Part shown: piece by piece, positions 25,793-36,911 of the stretch | How the letters are laid out: each line of letters begins with the position of its first letter | How positions within the stretch are numbered: the stretch's first letter is position 1 | Assembly: GCA_963717435.1 (NCBI GenBank) | Contig: OY970332.1 | Span: forward strand, 544,001-608,000 | Direction of reading: 5' to 3' | Origin: an uncultured bacterium | Lineage (GTDB): Bacteria; Babelota; Babeliae; Babelales; Babelaceae | Length of the DNA: 64,000 bases | Translations under genes and position numbers: made by a program | Notes under the pieces: model-generated | The model's input: only the letters and a program-made list of their open reading frames with translations | What the model was told of the DNA's origin: nothing | Databases searched by the model: none

Positions 25793-28355
25793 ATGAATTT
25801 TGAAAATTTTACAACAGCCGCACAAGAACTTATTAATCAAGCTGCCAGCTTGGCAGTAAAGCTAAAAAACCCCGCACTTAAGCCATTGCACGTATTTGCA
25901 GTTTCTCTGGATAACGAATTTTGCAACTCTTTTTATAAACTTTTCAACTTTGATATAGAAAACCTAAAAAATATTACAGATACTGAACTTAAAAAGCTGC
26001 CAACAGTAGAAGGGGGCAAGCTTGTTGCCGATTATAATTTTGAAGAATTTTTAAACTCTTGCAAAAAAGAGAGCGAAACCTTAGAAGATAGTTATATTAG
26101 CTTAGAACATATTATGCTTACTTTCTTGCAAGACAATTATCTGCCCCAAAGTATATTAGAGATTTTCAAAAAAAATAATTTTAATAAAAGTTCAATTTTG
26201 TCTGCGATCGGGACAATTCGAAAGGGCAAAAAAGTGAAAGATAAAAACGCTGAAAAGCAGTACCAAATTCTTGAAAAATACTGTCAAAATATTACAAATC
26301 TAGCACGCGATGGCAAACTTGACCCAGTTATAGGCCGCCATGAAGAAATAAGACGCGTGATACAGATTTTATCAAGAAGAACAAAAAATAATCCCGTTTT
26401 AATTGGTGAGCCCGGTGTCGGTAAAACGGCAATTGTTGAAGGTATAGCTCAAAGAATAATAAACAACGATGTTCCAGAAAGCTTAAGAAACAGCACCATA
26501 TACTCGCTAGATTTGGGTCTATTAATAGCAGGTGCAAAATATCAGGGCGAATTTGAAGAGCGCCTAAAAGGTGTCTTGAAAGAGGTTGAAGAAAGCCCTG
26601 AGCAAATAATTTTATTTATAGATGAACTTCATATGCTCGTCGGAGCTGGCCAAACTGGTGGCGGCATGGATGCTTCTAATTTATTAAAACCTGCACTTGC
26701 GCGTGGAGTTTTGCACTGTATTGGCGCGACAACAATCAAAGAATATAAAAAATATATCGAAAAAGATGCTGCTCTTGAGCGCAGGTTCCAGAAAGTTCTT
26801 GTTGAAGAGCCGACAGTTGAAGACGCAATTTCTATATTACGGGGGCTAAAAGAAAAATATGAACTTCATCATGGAATCAGAATAAAAGATCAGGCTCTTG
26901 TTGATGCGGTTTTGTTATCCAAAAAAAATATTCCGGATAGATTTTTGCCCGACAAAGCTATTGATTTGGTTGACGAGGCAGCGGCTGTTGTCAAAATGAG
27001 ATTAGAATCGCAACCAGAAGAAATTGATCAGCTAGAGAGAAAAATCAGACAGCTAGAGATAGAAAAAGTTGCGCTTGCAAAGGAGAAAGATAACGCTATT
27101 TCAAAAAAGCGTCTAGAAGTTTTGGAAAAAGAGCTTTCAGAAATCAAAGAAAAGAATCAGACTTTAGTAAACCAGTGGAAAGCCGAGAAAGCGCCGCTTG
27201 AGCAGATCAGCAAAATTAAAGAAGATATTGAGCGTGCTCAAAACCAGTTCCAACAAGCAGAACGTGAAGGTGATTTTGCACGTGCCTCTGAAATAAAATA
27301 TGGCAAGCTTGTAAAGTTACAGCAGGATCTTGAAAAGCAACAAACTAAGCTTTCAAGTTTAAAAACTTCGTTAATAAAAGAAGAAGTTGATGAACGGGAT
27401 ATCGCAGCTGTATTATCACGTTGGACAGGAATTCCTGTGGAAAAACTTGAAGCTAGCGAGACAAGCAAAATTTTGAACATGCAAGATTTATTGCAAAAGA
27501 AAGTTATTGGCCAAGATGAGGCGATAAAAGCAATTTCGCAGGCAATTCAGATGCACAGAGCTGGGCTAACCGATCCAAACAGACCAATAGGTTCTTTCTT
27601 GTTTTTGGGACCAACAGGTGTTGGTAAAACTGAAGTTGCAAAGACGCTAGCGGATTTTCTTTTTGATGATCCAAAACGCATGATAAGAATTGATATGTCC
27701 GAGTATATGGAAAAGCATAGCGTTGCAAGACTTATCGGCGCGCCTCCGGGATATGTTGGTTATGAAGAAGGCGGCCAACTTACTGAAGCAGTAAGGCGCC
27801 ACCCGTATATCTGTTGTTCTTTTTGATGAAGTTGAAAAAGCAAACCCTGAAGTCTTTAATCTATTTTTACAAATTTTAGATGAAGGGCACCTGACAGACG
27901 GCCAGGGTCGTCAGGTTTCGTTTAAAAATTGCATAATTATTATGACATCAAATATCGGCTCAGACCTGGTTCTACAAGCAAAAGATATCACTGAAAAATT
28001 AAAAACAGAAATAATGGGCCTGCTACATAAAAATTTTAGGCCAGAATTTTTGAACAGAATTGAGTCGATAGTTTTCTTTAAGTCTTTAAGTCATGAAGAT
28101 GTTGTTAAGATAGCAAAAATTCAGCTAGAAGATCTACAAAAGAGACTTGCGCAACGCAATATAACTTTAAAATTCTCACAAGACGCTATCAATAAGCTTG
28201 CTGATTTGGGTTATGAAAAAGAGTTCGGTGCCCGCCCATTAAAACGTGCAATCACACAATATGTTACTGTGCCCTTATCTCAGTATTTACTCAAAAAACC
28301 TGAGGCGACGAAAATAGAAGTTGCTGTCAAAGATGGCGAGATTACTTTAGTTTAA
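25793..28355 (+). pseudogene. clpB: ClpB disaggregase, interrupted by a +1 frameshift (probable sequencing error)
   Basis: [22 protein letters not shown]-domain, GPTGVGKT. An extra A at 27809 breaks [16 protein letters not shown]; removing it gives 853 aa including FRPEFLNR and GARPLKR. Confidence 0.95.
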
Positions 28356-28363
28356 ATTTAATA

Positions 28364-28383
28364 GGGGCGAGATTTATCGCCCC
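28364..28383. terminator. Hairpin between convergent genes
   Basis: GGGGCGA-GATTTA-TCGCCCC. Confidence 0.6.
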
Positions 28384-28401
28384 GAAAATAGTTTCGCTGT
28401 G

Positions 28402-28719
28402 TTATTTCGCTTGGGTTATGTTATAAACAATTCGATAAGCACTAGTAAGATTATCTTGGGTATCTTTATTGAGTTTGCCATTCGCATCTATTAAGCCAAG
28501 TGAATCCAAAACTCTTTTTATTCTTAGATCAGTAATCGATTTTTCTGGATTTTTGCTCATTTGCTCGAGTTTTGCGAATGCTTCGGCATCGATTCTCAAT
28601 GAGCTAATTTTGTTTACCAACTCGTCTATATCAGTTGCTCCTACAGAGAAAATTGAACTACAACTGGTGATAACAAAAATTGACAAAATTGAGCGTGCGA
28701 TAATATTGGCATTTTTCAT
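28402..28719 (-). CDS. Secreted hypothetical protein
   Basis: Signal-like N-terminus; SD AGGGG. Confidence 0.6.
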   Translation of the reverse strand: MKNANIIARSILSIFVITSCSSIFSVGATDIDELVNKISSLRIDAEAFAKLEQMSKNPEKSITDLRIKRVLDSLGLIDANGKLNKDTQDNLTSAYRIVYNITQAK

Positions 28720-28797
28720 AACTTGCCCCTTTTAGTTTAAATATTTTTATTTGTTCCAACAAAACCGTTTAATTTTACCAGTAAAATTCTCTGCTAT

Positions 28798-30072
28798 CTA
28801 CTTCTTGTTCGATAATATGTAGATCTTGTCGTTTTTTACTATATTTTCAAATCCAAAATCTTTAATTATCTGATTGAGCTTATCATTTGCATTTCTTAGC
28901 AGAGTTAACAACTCTTCTTTTACTTGTTTGTTTTTTAAACCAGAAGCTAATTCTTTTATGTCATTTAATTCTGTCGCAGTAATTCTATACCAGTCTATTA
29001 TGTTATCTATTTCGCCTTTGGTGAAAATATTCGTAGGATATTGGCCGTTAACTATCTCTAGTTTTTTTCCCACTCTTTCAATGTTGCGATTTATATTTTT
29101 GAATTGTCTTATGTATGCATCGGCAAGATCTTCAAAAAATACAGTTAAATCTTTATCTCCCCTGTCAGAATATAGTCTGTCGGCGTAGGCTTTGAACTCA
29201 GATTTGTACTTTGCATCGGTTATTTTTCGTGCAGTTTCTTTTATCTGTAATGCTAATTGTGCTATATCAGATTTTGCTTTTCCAATAACTTTCTCTGTGA
29301 CATTGGGCGCCTGAGGCTGGGCCGGCAGGTTTTCTGGTGAGGTTGGTGAGGGCTTCGGTGTTTCTTCCTTACTAGGCTCAATAGTTCGTTCTTTTGGCCC
29401 TTCGATTTCTTGTTGTTTTGCTTTTTCTTTTTCTTTGCGTTCTTTAGCTTCTTGCTCTTTGGTTTTTTTGGCAGCTTCAATGTCTTGTTCCATTTTTTCA
29501 GCTTTGTTTAATGCAGAAATTAGGGCTCTTGAGTCGGCGTCTATTTTTTTATTAATTGCTCCAAAAAAATCTTTAATTAAAAAAATAACAAAATTTTTGC
29601 ATAGTTCAGTACTGTCTCTCCAAGTTCTTATGTCTTTTGCTAACTTGTAAACATAGTTTAATTTTTCATTAAATTTTTCACTAAAGTCTGCAAGTTGTGT
29701 TTCTTTGCGCGTATTATTTAAGTTCGATGATACTATGCTTTTCAAGCTTGCTGATTGGGAAAATAGATAATTTGTGATCGTGTTTCCGTCCCCATAAATA
29801 TATTCTTTAAAAAGCTTGGGAAAATCTTCTGAGCCAGTTGAATCCATAAAAGTATATATTTTGTCCATTAATTCAGACAGAACTTGTTTATCTTTTTCAT
29901 TTAGATTTATAAAAGTTTTTGAAAAATTTGTTTCCAAAAGATTTTTAAGTTCAGATTTAAGTTTTTTATCTTGTTCTTGAAGCTGTTTTATGTCAGCAGA
30001 TGTTTTTATTGCAAAAACTGGCGCGTGAGTCAAAAATAATAAACCTAATAAAATTAAAGATATTTTTTTCAT
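28798..30072 (-). CDS. Secreted helical/coiled-coil hypothetical protein
   Basis: Signal peptide ending VFA; two helical domains joined by a KE-rich/Pro-rich linker. Confidence 0.75.
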   Translation of the reverse strand: MKKISLILLGLLFLTHAPVFAIKTSADIKQLQEQDKKLKSELKNLLETNFSKTFINLNEKDKQVLSELMDKIYTFMDSTGSEDFPKLFKEYIYGDGNTITNYLFSQSASLKSIVSSNLNNTRKETQLADFSEKFNEKLNYVYKLAKDIRTWRDSTELCKNFVIFLIKDFFGAINKKIDADSRALISALNKAEKMEQDIEAAKKTKEQEAKERKEKEKAKQQEIEGPKERTIEPSKEETPKPSPTSPENLPAQPQAPNVTEKVIGKAKSDIAQLALQIKETARKITDAKYKSEFKAYADRLYSDRGDKDLTVFFEDLADAYIRQFKNINRNIERVGKKLEIVNGQYPTNIFTKGEIDNIIDWYRITATELNDIKELASGLKNKQVKEELLTLLRNANDKLNQIIKDFGFENIVKNDKIYILSNKK

Positions 30073-30184
30073 ATATATACTCTCTAAAACTCAAAAGTGA
30101 CATAAGCTATCATCTAAGTTAGTATCAAAATATCGGATCTAAAAAAAGAGTTTTGTAATAAAGCCTAGAAAATTTGGGTGAGGC

Positions 30185-31114
30185 ATGAAGTTATTTAAGA
30201 TTTTATTTCTAAGTTTATTAAGTTTTTTTATTTTGGAACAAAAATTAATTGGCTACAATTTGCCCAGCATCGATCTGGGGCTGAGCAACTTTCTATGCGG
30301 CTTGCCCTGGGTGCCCGATAAGGGTTGGTATATGAGCCAATATTTAGTATCTTACAACGCAGATAAATTCACGGATGGCGAAGGCAATCTTATCGACCCA
30401 GAAGAATGTCCAAAATACAACGCTGTTTCAGGAATAACTGTGTTTACATACCAATCAAACTGCAGATTTTTAAAAGCAAGACCAGGAGTTGTTTTTGGTG
30501 TTCCATATTGGCTCATGGCAAAAACAAATAAAAATAGTTTTGTGACCAGCAGTGGTAGAGGATTTGGGGATTTGATATCGGAAGTTTTTTTACAATGGGA
30601 TATGGTCAAACGTAATGGACGTGATTTTTTTCAAAGTAATGCGGGCATTCTTTTTACTTTCCCAACGGGAAAATGGGTAGTATGCCCGAATGCTAGCAGT
30701 ACAATCAATCCAGGCAATAACCTATTTTCTATAAGTCCATTTTGGGCATACACTTTTTATATAACTCCAAAGCTTACATTTTCGGGCGTAGATTATTATG
30801 TATTTTCGACTAAAAACCGTACAACAAAAATTCTCGCCGGGCATGCTGTAGTTTTGCTTTATGACTTGCTTTATCAGTGCACGGATAAATTTTATTTTGG
30901 ATTTAATGGATATTACGTTCAGCAGTTACAAAACGATAAATTAAATAACGTTGCTATACCAAAAAGTAAAGAGCGAGTTCTGGGTTCAGGCGCTGGGATT
31001 TTCTATGAGCATAATAAACATAATTATCTTACCCTGCACCTATATTTTGAAAGTTTGGCAAGAAATAGAACCCAAGGCACAAATTTTGTTTTCAGATGGA
31101 TATATGTTTTTTAG
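30185..31114 (+). CDS. SphA/Phenol_MetA-type outer-membrane beta-barrel
   Basis: Signal peptide, GFGDL, FPTGK, NPGNN, GFNGYYVQQL, C-terminal Phe. Confidence 0.8.
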   Translation: MKLFKILFLSLLSFFILEQKLIGYNLPSIDLGLSNFLCGLPWVPDKGWYMSQYLVSYNADKFTDGEGNLIDPEECPKYNAVSGITVFTYQSNCRFLKARPGVVFGVPYWLMAKTNKNSFVTSSGRGFGDLISEVFLQWDMVKRNGRDFFQSNAGILFTFPTGKWVVCPNASSTINPGNNLFSISPFWAYTFYITPKLTFSGVDYYVFSTKNRTTKILAGHAVVLLYDLLYQCTDKFYFGFNGYYVQQLQNDKLNNVAIPKSKERVLGSGAGIFYEHNKHNYLTLHLYFESLARNRTQGTNFVFRWIYVF

Positions 31115-31218
31115 CTATATACTGTTGTATTTTGTGACAGGCTGTTTCAAATTTTGAGATTTAATATAAGCTTATTTGAAGCATAAAATAGTTACATTAA
31201 TAGGTAAAAATTACAAAT

Positions 31219-33117
31219 ATGATACAGCTTCGAAATCTGACATTAGATCTTAATGTTAATAAAATCTTTGAGAATATTAGCTGTGTTATTCAGGACGGTG
31301 ACAGGGTCGGCGTAATCGGTCGTAACGGCGCCGGAAAATCCACACTTTTAAAAGTCATAGCAGGTTTAATTAAGCCCACTTCTGGCGATGTTGTGATAGA
31401 AAAACAGGCGCGAATAGCATACTTGCCCCAAGAAGATATTCTTTCTTCTAAGTTAGTTGTGTTTGAAGAAGCATTCTCCGCTTTTTCCAGTTTATTTGAA
31501 ACTGAAAAAAAGATCGGGGAAATCGAAGCTGCCATCTCTGATGGTTCAGTTACTGATTTGCAGCTTGAAGAGTATGCAGAACTTTGCAGTTCCGTGGGAG
31601 ATTTTAGTAGACACGATGCTGTTAAGCAAACTACAGAAGTCCTTACCGGATTGGGCTTCACAGAAACTTCTATGAAAAAAACAGTTGATGAATTAAGCAC
31701 CGGGTGGAAGATGCGTCTTGCGCTTGCAAAGTTATTATTAACAGATGCGGATATGTATCTTTTTGATGAACCCACAAACCACTTGGATATTGTTACACAG
31801 CAGTGGTTCTTGGAAAAATTGCAGGCTATGAAACAGGGCTTTTTGTTGGTCAGCCATGATCAAGTATATTTAGAAAAAGCATGTAACTGCATACTTGAAA
31901 TAGAAAACAAAAAAGGCTCATATTATCGGGGCAATTTAAAATCTTATTTGGCTCAAAAGCAAGCGTCACTTGAAATTGCGCGTGCAACGCGAGCAAGACA
32001 AGAAAGAGAAATTGAGCATAAGCAGGCTATTGCTGACAGGTTTAGAGCTTCTGCGTCTCGCGCTCAAATGGCAAAAAACTTAATGAAACAGATTGAAAGA
32101 ATAGAGCTTGTCGAAGTTGATTCACCAATGCCCACCGTTAACTTTCATTTCCCAGCGCCAGCCCGTCCAGGAACTGTAATATTAACTTTTAAAAATTTAT
32201 CGTTTGGTTTTGGTGGAACAAAACTTTTTCAAAACGTCTCTGGTGAAATTCAACGTGGGGATCGCGTAGCCCTTGTCGCTGCAAATGGTGTTGGTAAAAC
32301 CACTTTGATTAACTGCATCGCTGGAAAATATAAGCCTGATACTGGCAATATTAATTTTGGCCACAGCGTTCAGGCTTGTTTTTTCGAACAGGAACAGGCT
32401 CTTGTTTTGAACCCAGAAAAAACTGTAGTTGAAGAAGTAACAGATGCTTGCCCAAAATCTACTGAATCGGAGATTAGAAAAATTTTGGGGTCTTTCCAAT
32501 TTAGTGGCGATGATGTCTATAAAAAAATCAAAGTATTGAGTGGTGGTGAGAAAAACCGTGTCGCTATGACAAAAGTGTTACTCCAAAGAGCAAATTTTTT
32601 GATACTTGATGAACCAACAAACCATTTGGATTTATATTCAAAAGATGTTTTATGTCAGGCTCTTTTGGCATATGAGGGAACAATATTATTCGTATCGCAC
32701 GATATTAATTTTGTTAGCCGTCTTGCAACTAAAGTTTTAGAGCTTACCCCAAGCGGAGCTTATCTGTTCCCTGGAACGTATGACGAATTCGTTCAATTTA
32801 AACATGATGCTCAGGCTAAACTTGTTGATTCTGAAAACAAATCTCTAAATAACGCCAATTCTTTAAAATCTTCTAAAGCGCCAAAAGAACAATCTCAAGA
32901 GCATATTTTGCGGAAAAAAATTTATGAACTTGAGGGGGAAATTTTAAAGCTTGAGAAAGAAGAGAAAAAAATAACTGGAAAAATAGCAGATCTTTCTTAC
33001 GGTACAAAGCAATATGATATTTCTTTGCAGAAGCTTGTTGAGATTCAAAAGGGTTTGGCGGCTATCCAAAAAGATTGGGAAGCCGCGCATCTTGAACTTG
33101 AAAAACTTGGTATTTAA
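31219..33117 (+). CDS. ABC-F family ATPase
   Basis: Two NBDs (GRNGAGKST; ANGVGKTT), DEPTNHLD twice, no TMs, C-terminal coiled coil. Confidence 0.95.
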   Translation: MIQLRNLTLDLNVNKIFENISCVIQDGDRVGVIGRNGAGKSTLLKVIAGLIKPTSGDVVIEKQARIAYLPQEDILSSKLVVFEEAFSAFSSLFETEKKIGEIEAAISDGSVTDLQLEEYAELCSSVGDFSRHDAVKQTTEVLTGLGFTETSMKKTVDELSTGWKMRLALAKLLLTDADMYLFDEPTNHLDIVTQQWFLEKLQAMKQGFLLVSHDQVYLEKACNCILEIENKKGSYYRGNLKSYLAQKQASLEIARATRARQEREIEHKQAIADRFRASASRAQMAKNLMKQIERIELVEVDSPMPTVNFHFPAPARPGTVILTFKNLSFGFGGTKLFQNVSGEIQRGDRVALVAANGVGKTTLINCIAGKYKPDTGNINFGHSVQACFFEQEQALVLNPEKTVVEEVTDACPKSTESEIRKILGSFQFSGDDVYKKIKVLSGGEKNRVAMTKVLLQRANFLILDEPTNHLDLYSKDVLCQALLAYEGTILFVSHDINFVSRLATKVLELTPSGAYLFPGTYDEFVQFKHDAQAKLVDSENKSLNNANSLKSSKAPKEQSQEHILRKKIYELEGEILKLEKEEKKITGKIADLSYGTKQYDISLQKLVEIQKGLAAIQKDWEAAHLELEKLGI

Positions 33118-33120
33118 GCT

Positions 33121-33783
33121 TTATTTCTGATTTTTATCGATAATAAAATAAATCAACAAGCTAATTATTGCTGCAAAAAAGCACCATACTGAACCATAAG
33201 CCAGTCTAAAAAATATTTGGGATATTATAAGCGCTATCGCGGTCAGTAAACCCAGGGCCCACATATATTTTATGCTTGAGATAAACATGGCGCCCGCCGT
33301 TGCGCCTAGATACATAATAAGCCCAATATTTTCTAAGTTGTCTAATATGTCAGTATTTGTAATCTGTTTTATGAAGCTATAACTAATATGGCCATTAAGC
33401 GCTTCTGCTTGCATCCCAAACATGTTCCATAAAATTAAATATGATGTTGCAAAAAATACCCCTGCAAGAGACGCACTAAGCAGCAGAAGTTTTCTGGTTT
33501 TATGTTTTTCAATAAAATACAAATAAATTGGAATTACTGTCGGCCAAACTATACCGGCAAAAAATATAAAGCCAGAAACTGAAAGTTTATGTAATAAGCC
33601 AGAGTTATTGCCTGAATTTAGAGTTAGCCAAACAATTCCCTCTAGTGCCTGTTGTGTCGCAAACAAAATTGGCGCGGCGCTTAATGGCACCAGTTTTTTT
33701 ATTTGATTTTTTTTGATAGTTACCAATCCAATAGTACCCAATATTCCTGCAGATATAAAACTTGCCTGAGCCGAAAAGCACAT
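33121..33783 (-). CDS. DUF6629-like membrane protein
   Basis: MCFSAQASF N-terminus, QQALEGIVW, SVWCFFAA. Confidence 0.8.
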   Translation of the reverse strand: MCFSAQASFISAGILGTIGLVTIKKNQIKKLVPLSAAPILFATQQALEGIVWLTLNSGNNSGLLHKLSVSGFIFFAGIVWPTVIPIYLYFIEKHKTRKLLLLSASLAGVFFATSYLILWNMFGMQAEALNGHISYSFIKQITNTDILDNLENIGLIMYLGATAGAMFISSIKYMWALGLLTAIALIISQIFFRLAYGSVWCFFAAIISLLIYFIIDKNQK

Positions 33784-33806
33784 GTGTTCTCCAGTTTTTT
33801 ATCTAT

Positions 33807-34382
33807 TTAAGCCGATATTTTTTTTGCCGCCAAAGACAACATTATCCAGGTCCAACCTGTAAATATTGCATCGATCCCGACAAACATACCGATCACCCAT
33901 AAGCCCGAAACCGGCCACTGTGCCCAGATTAAAAGTCCCAAAGCAGTCGTGATTACACCATTAAGTATTAGCCAATTTTTGTGAGGCACGTGTTTTGCAA
34001 AGGCAAAAATTATTCTTAAAATTCCGGTAACAACAAAGAATATGGACAGTAAAAGTGTTAATGTTATCGCATTAACTAATGGGTTTGAGGTTATGAACAC
34101 CCCGCTAATTATATATAAAACTGCTAAAAACAAGTGCAAAAAGAAGCTGCTCCATTGTGATAGCTTAAAAGCTTTAATTCCCTCAAAAAAGCCCATTATC
34201 GTCAGCAATATTCCCAAATACATAACTGTGAAAAGTGTGCTTTTGTATGAAAATAACAGAGCCAGGGTCCCCAAAATTACTAAACCTATCCCCAATAGCA
34301 AAAACCAGTCAGCGTTTTGTTTAAGTTGTTTTTTTAGGCTCGCTGTTAAAGCTATATCAAGCCCATTATTGTTGTTAGTCAT
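33807..34382 (-). CDS. HdeD/DUF308 family membrane protein
   Basis: WFLLLGI...WPVSGLWVIGMFVGIDAIFTGW. Confidence 0.9.
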   Translation of the reverse strand: MTNNNNGLDIALTASLKKQLKQNADWFLLLGIGLVILGTLALLFSYKSTLFTVMYLGILLTIMGFFEGIKAFKLSQWSSFFLHLFLAVLYIISGVFITSNPLVNAITLTLLLSIFFVVTGILRIIFAFAKHVPHKNWLILNGVITTALGLLIWAQWPVSGLWVIGMFVGIDAIFTGWTWIMLSLAAKKISA

Positions 34383-34641
34383 GAAATTCTCCCAATTTAA
34401 AAGATAAAAATAAAAGACAAAATATTAGATATTTTTATCTTAAAATATTTGTTTGCAATAAAGCAACTGAGCAAACAATAATTGCTTGAATGACCCAATC
34501 TCGGGTGTATATTATTTTATATCTGAAATTATGTTGTAAATATTATTGATATTATCGCATGCGTTTTGATACTCTAATATTAGATGGGTGTGTTTTTCAC
34601 TAATGGGGTTAGTTTTTTTATATTTTCAAATGGGGGCGGTT

Positions 34642-35472
34642 ATGAAAAGTTCAAAAATATTAATTTTATTGTTTTCACTAGGGTCTTTTGCGGGCTTAGT
34701 TTGTATGGAAAATAAATCCGTCCCGCGTCCAGAAAGAACTGATAAAAACACAGAAAATCTGGGCTCATTTGGTCAACTTCCTGATGAAATTATTTTAACT
34801 ATCGCTTTACAAATTTTGGATCAAACTGATTCAAAAAAAGCTTATCAAGACTTAGTGAATTTATCTAAGGCCAACACGTATATTTATAAGCTTATAAAGT
34901 CAGCAGAAACTGAAAAAGATTCTGGTGCAAAAATCAAAAAAATCAAAGAAGAAACCCAAAAAGCAGTTAAGGCTCTTGAAGTCTATGTTTTGGAGGGGCA
35001 AACTAAAGCTGTAAATGGGCTTGAGATTTCTTTCCCACAAGATATTTATGAGATCAAGCAGTCAGCCAGGAGTTTGGTTAAAGAGGCTTTGCGCGAAGAA
35101 GATAAAGATATACAAGTTTTGTCGCCAGAGCGTTTAAGTTTATACACGCAAATATATATTGCCGCCCAATTCAATTACTTTGTTCTATTCGAGAAATATA
35201 TTTCAGATCTTATGAGTTTAGAAATACGCGAAAAAAACTATAAAGAGTACGATAAAATATTTTTCACCAAATTGTTGGAACATGTCATATCTAGAATTTA
35301 CGAACATCCTAAGTCTGAAAATAACGTGCTCAAGAAAGCAGCCGGTTTGCTTTTGAAAAATGGTGCAAAAATAACTACAAAAGTTCATGAAATGGCGAAT
35401 AAGAATCCAGAAATTAAAGCACTTATCACTGTCGCCAATAAAAAACGCCTAGAAAAAATTAATGAGCTTTAA
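34642..35472 (+). CDS. Secreted F-box-like protein
   Basis: Signal peptide, then FGQLPDEIILTIALQIL...DLVNLSKANT (F-box pattern); C-terminal LLLKNGA ankyrin-like remnant. Confidence 0.65.
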   Translation: MKSSKILILLFSLGSFAGLVCMENKSVPRPERTDKNTENLGSFGQLPDEIILTIALQILDQTDSKKAYQDLVNLSKANTYIYKLIKSAETEKDSGAKIKKIKEETQKAVKALEVYVLEGQTKAVNGLEISFPQDIYEIKQSARSLVKEALREEDKDIQVLSPERLSLYTQIYIAAQFNYFVLFEKYISDLMSLEIREKNYKEYDKIFFTKLLEHVISRIYEHPKSENNVLKKAAGLLLKNGAKITTKVHEMANKNPEIKALITVANKKRLEKINEL

Positions 35473-35968
35473 GATCTTCTATAATTTCTTGGGTTGCTAA
35501 GTTAAATAGCTCAGCCAATTTGGCGTTTCCAAATTTTTCGTAATAGTTTTTTATAGAAAACTCACCGGCTTGGGATATCCAATCATCAACTATAGCTATA
35601 ATTTCTTTGTGATACAGGAGCATGCAATAGTCGTTATTGCCGAAATTATTTTTCAAAATTTTCTGCGACCCAGACTGTGAATATCTTATTAAATTGATGC
35701 ATTTTCTATGGGCATAGAGACCGTGCATGTGGGGCCAAACTCTTTTTGATTCTCTCCAATCCAAACTTGTGCTTTTGCAGATTCCGCAGCAGCCCGCGTT
35801 ATATTCTACAGAGCATAGGGCGTCTTGTCCTGTTGTTGAGCTATTATTAAGCGTCGAATCATTATCAGCTGAGTCAGTAAGAATTTTGCAATCAGAACCT
35901 ACGCTTGAAATTTTTGTAAAAAAAATAATAAAGACGACAAAGATATATTTATAAATATTTTTTTTCAT
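35459..35968 (-). CDS. Secreted protein with degenerate RING-like Zn motif
   Basis: Signal peptide; CGIC...HMH...HRKC. Confidence 0.55.
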   Translation of the reverse strand: MKKNIYKYIFVVFIIFFTKISSVGSDCKILTDSADNDSTLNNSSTTGQDALCSVEYNAGCCGICKSTSLDWRESKRVWPHMHGLYAHRKCINLIRYSQSGSQKILKNNFGNNDYCMLLYHKEIIAIVDDWISQAGEFSIKNYYEKFGNAKLAELFNLATQEIIEDLKAH

Positions 35969-36115
35969 GGAATACTTTCGTTTTAAATAGATTATTTTTT
36001 TGATTATTTTTTGATGATTGTTTGCTTAGTATATAATAATTTCAATTAGATTTATAATATTTACTATAAAAACGCTTAAAATATTAGTACCAATGCAGTT
36101 ATTCAGGAAGGTTGA

Positions 36116-36886
36116 GTGGTGGAAAATCTTAGTTTCGTTTTGAACTGGAAAATGGGAAAAAGTTATTCAGATACAATTTTTTGGCTGAGTGAAAATAGAT
36201 TAAATCTTTTGAAGTTAGCTAGAAAAACTGGACATGAGTTTGTTTTGTGCCCCTCTTTTGAAAGTTTGGAATCAGCAGTTAAAACATTGGCAGAAACAGG
36301 AATTAAAATTGGTGCGCAAGACTGCTCCAGCTATAATTTGGGCGCTTATACAGGTGAAGTGTCTGCAGTATCGCTTAAAGAAGTGGGTTGTGATTATTGC
36401 ATTATAGGGCACAGTGAGCGGCGCCATATTTTTGGCCAGACCAGCTTGGATGTTGCAAAGAAAGCTAAGCTGCTTTTTGAAAATAATATTATGCCAATAA
36501 TCTGTGTTGGTGAAACTGAAGACGAAAAAAAAGACGGTCTGACTTTCGAAGTCATATCCCAGCAACTTGACCCAATTATGGAAATAATTGCTATAGATAA
36601 AATTGGCAAAGACAAGATTAAGACTCTTGTAATAGCCTATGAACCGGTCTGGGCGATTGGGACAGGAAATGTTCCTGATCTTGCTTATCTTAATAAGATT
36701 GTAACTTGGCTGGAAGCTTATTTTAGTGTTTCTGCTCCTGGGCTAAAGACAAAAATATTATATGGTGGTAGTATAGATCCTGAAACCGTCAAGCGTGTAT
36801 CACAGGCCCGAGCTATCTCTGGATTCTTAGTTGGCAGGGCATCGCTAGATTTTCAAACCATAGAAAAAATTGTATTATCTATATAG
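36116..36886 (+). CDS. tpiA: Triosephosphate isomerase
   Basis: NWKM, GAYTGEVS, GHSERR, AYEPVWAIGTG, LYGGS. Confidence 0.97.
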   Translation: MVENLSFVLNWKMGKSYSDTIFWLSENRLNLLKLARKTGHEFVLCPSFESLESAVKTLAETGIKIGAQDCSSYNLGAYTGEVSAVSLKEVGCDYCIIGHSERRHIFGQTSLDVAKKAKLLFENNIMPIICVGETEDEKKDGLTFEVISQQLDPIMEIIAIDKIGKDKIKTLVIAYEPVWAIGTGNVPDLAYLNKIVTWLEAYFSVSAPGLKTKILYGGSIDPETVKRVSQARAISGFLVGRASLDFQTIEKIVLSI

Positions 36887-36911
36887 TAATTTTACTTTAA
36901 AGGGTTTTAAC

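Noticed and set aside
34401-34480. AT-rich inverted repeats upstream of the HdeD-like gene
   Set aside because: Low complexity and plausible by chance at this base composition.
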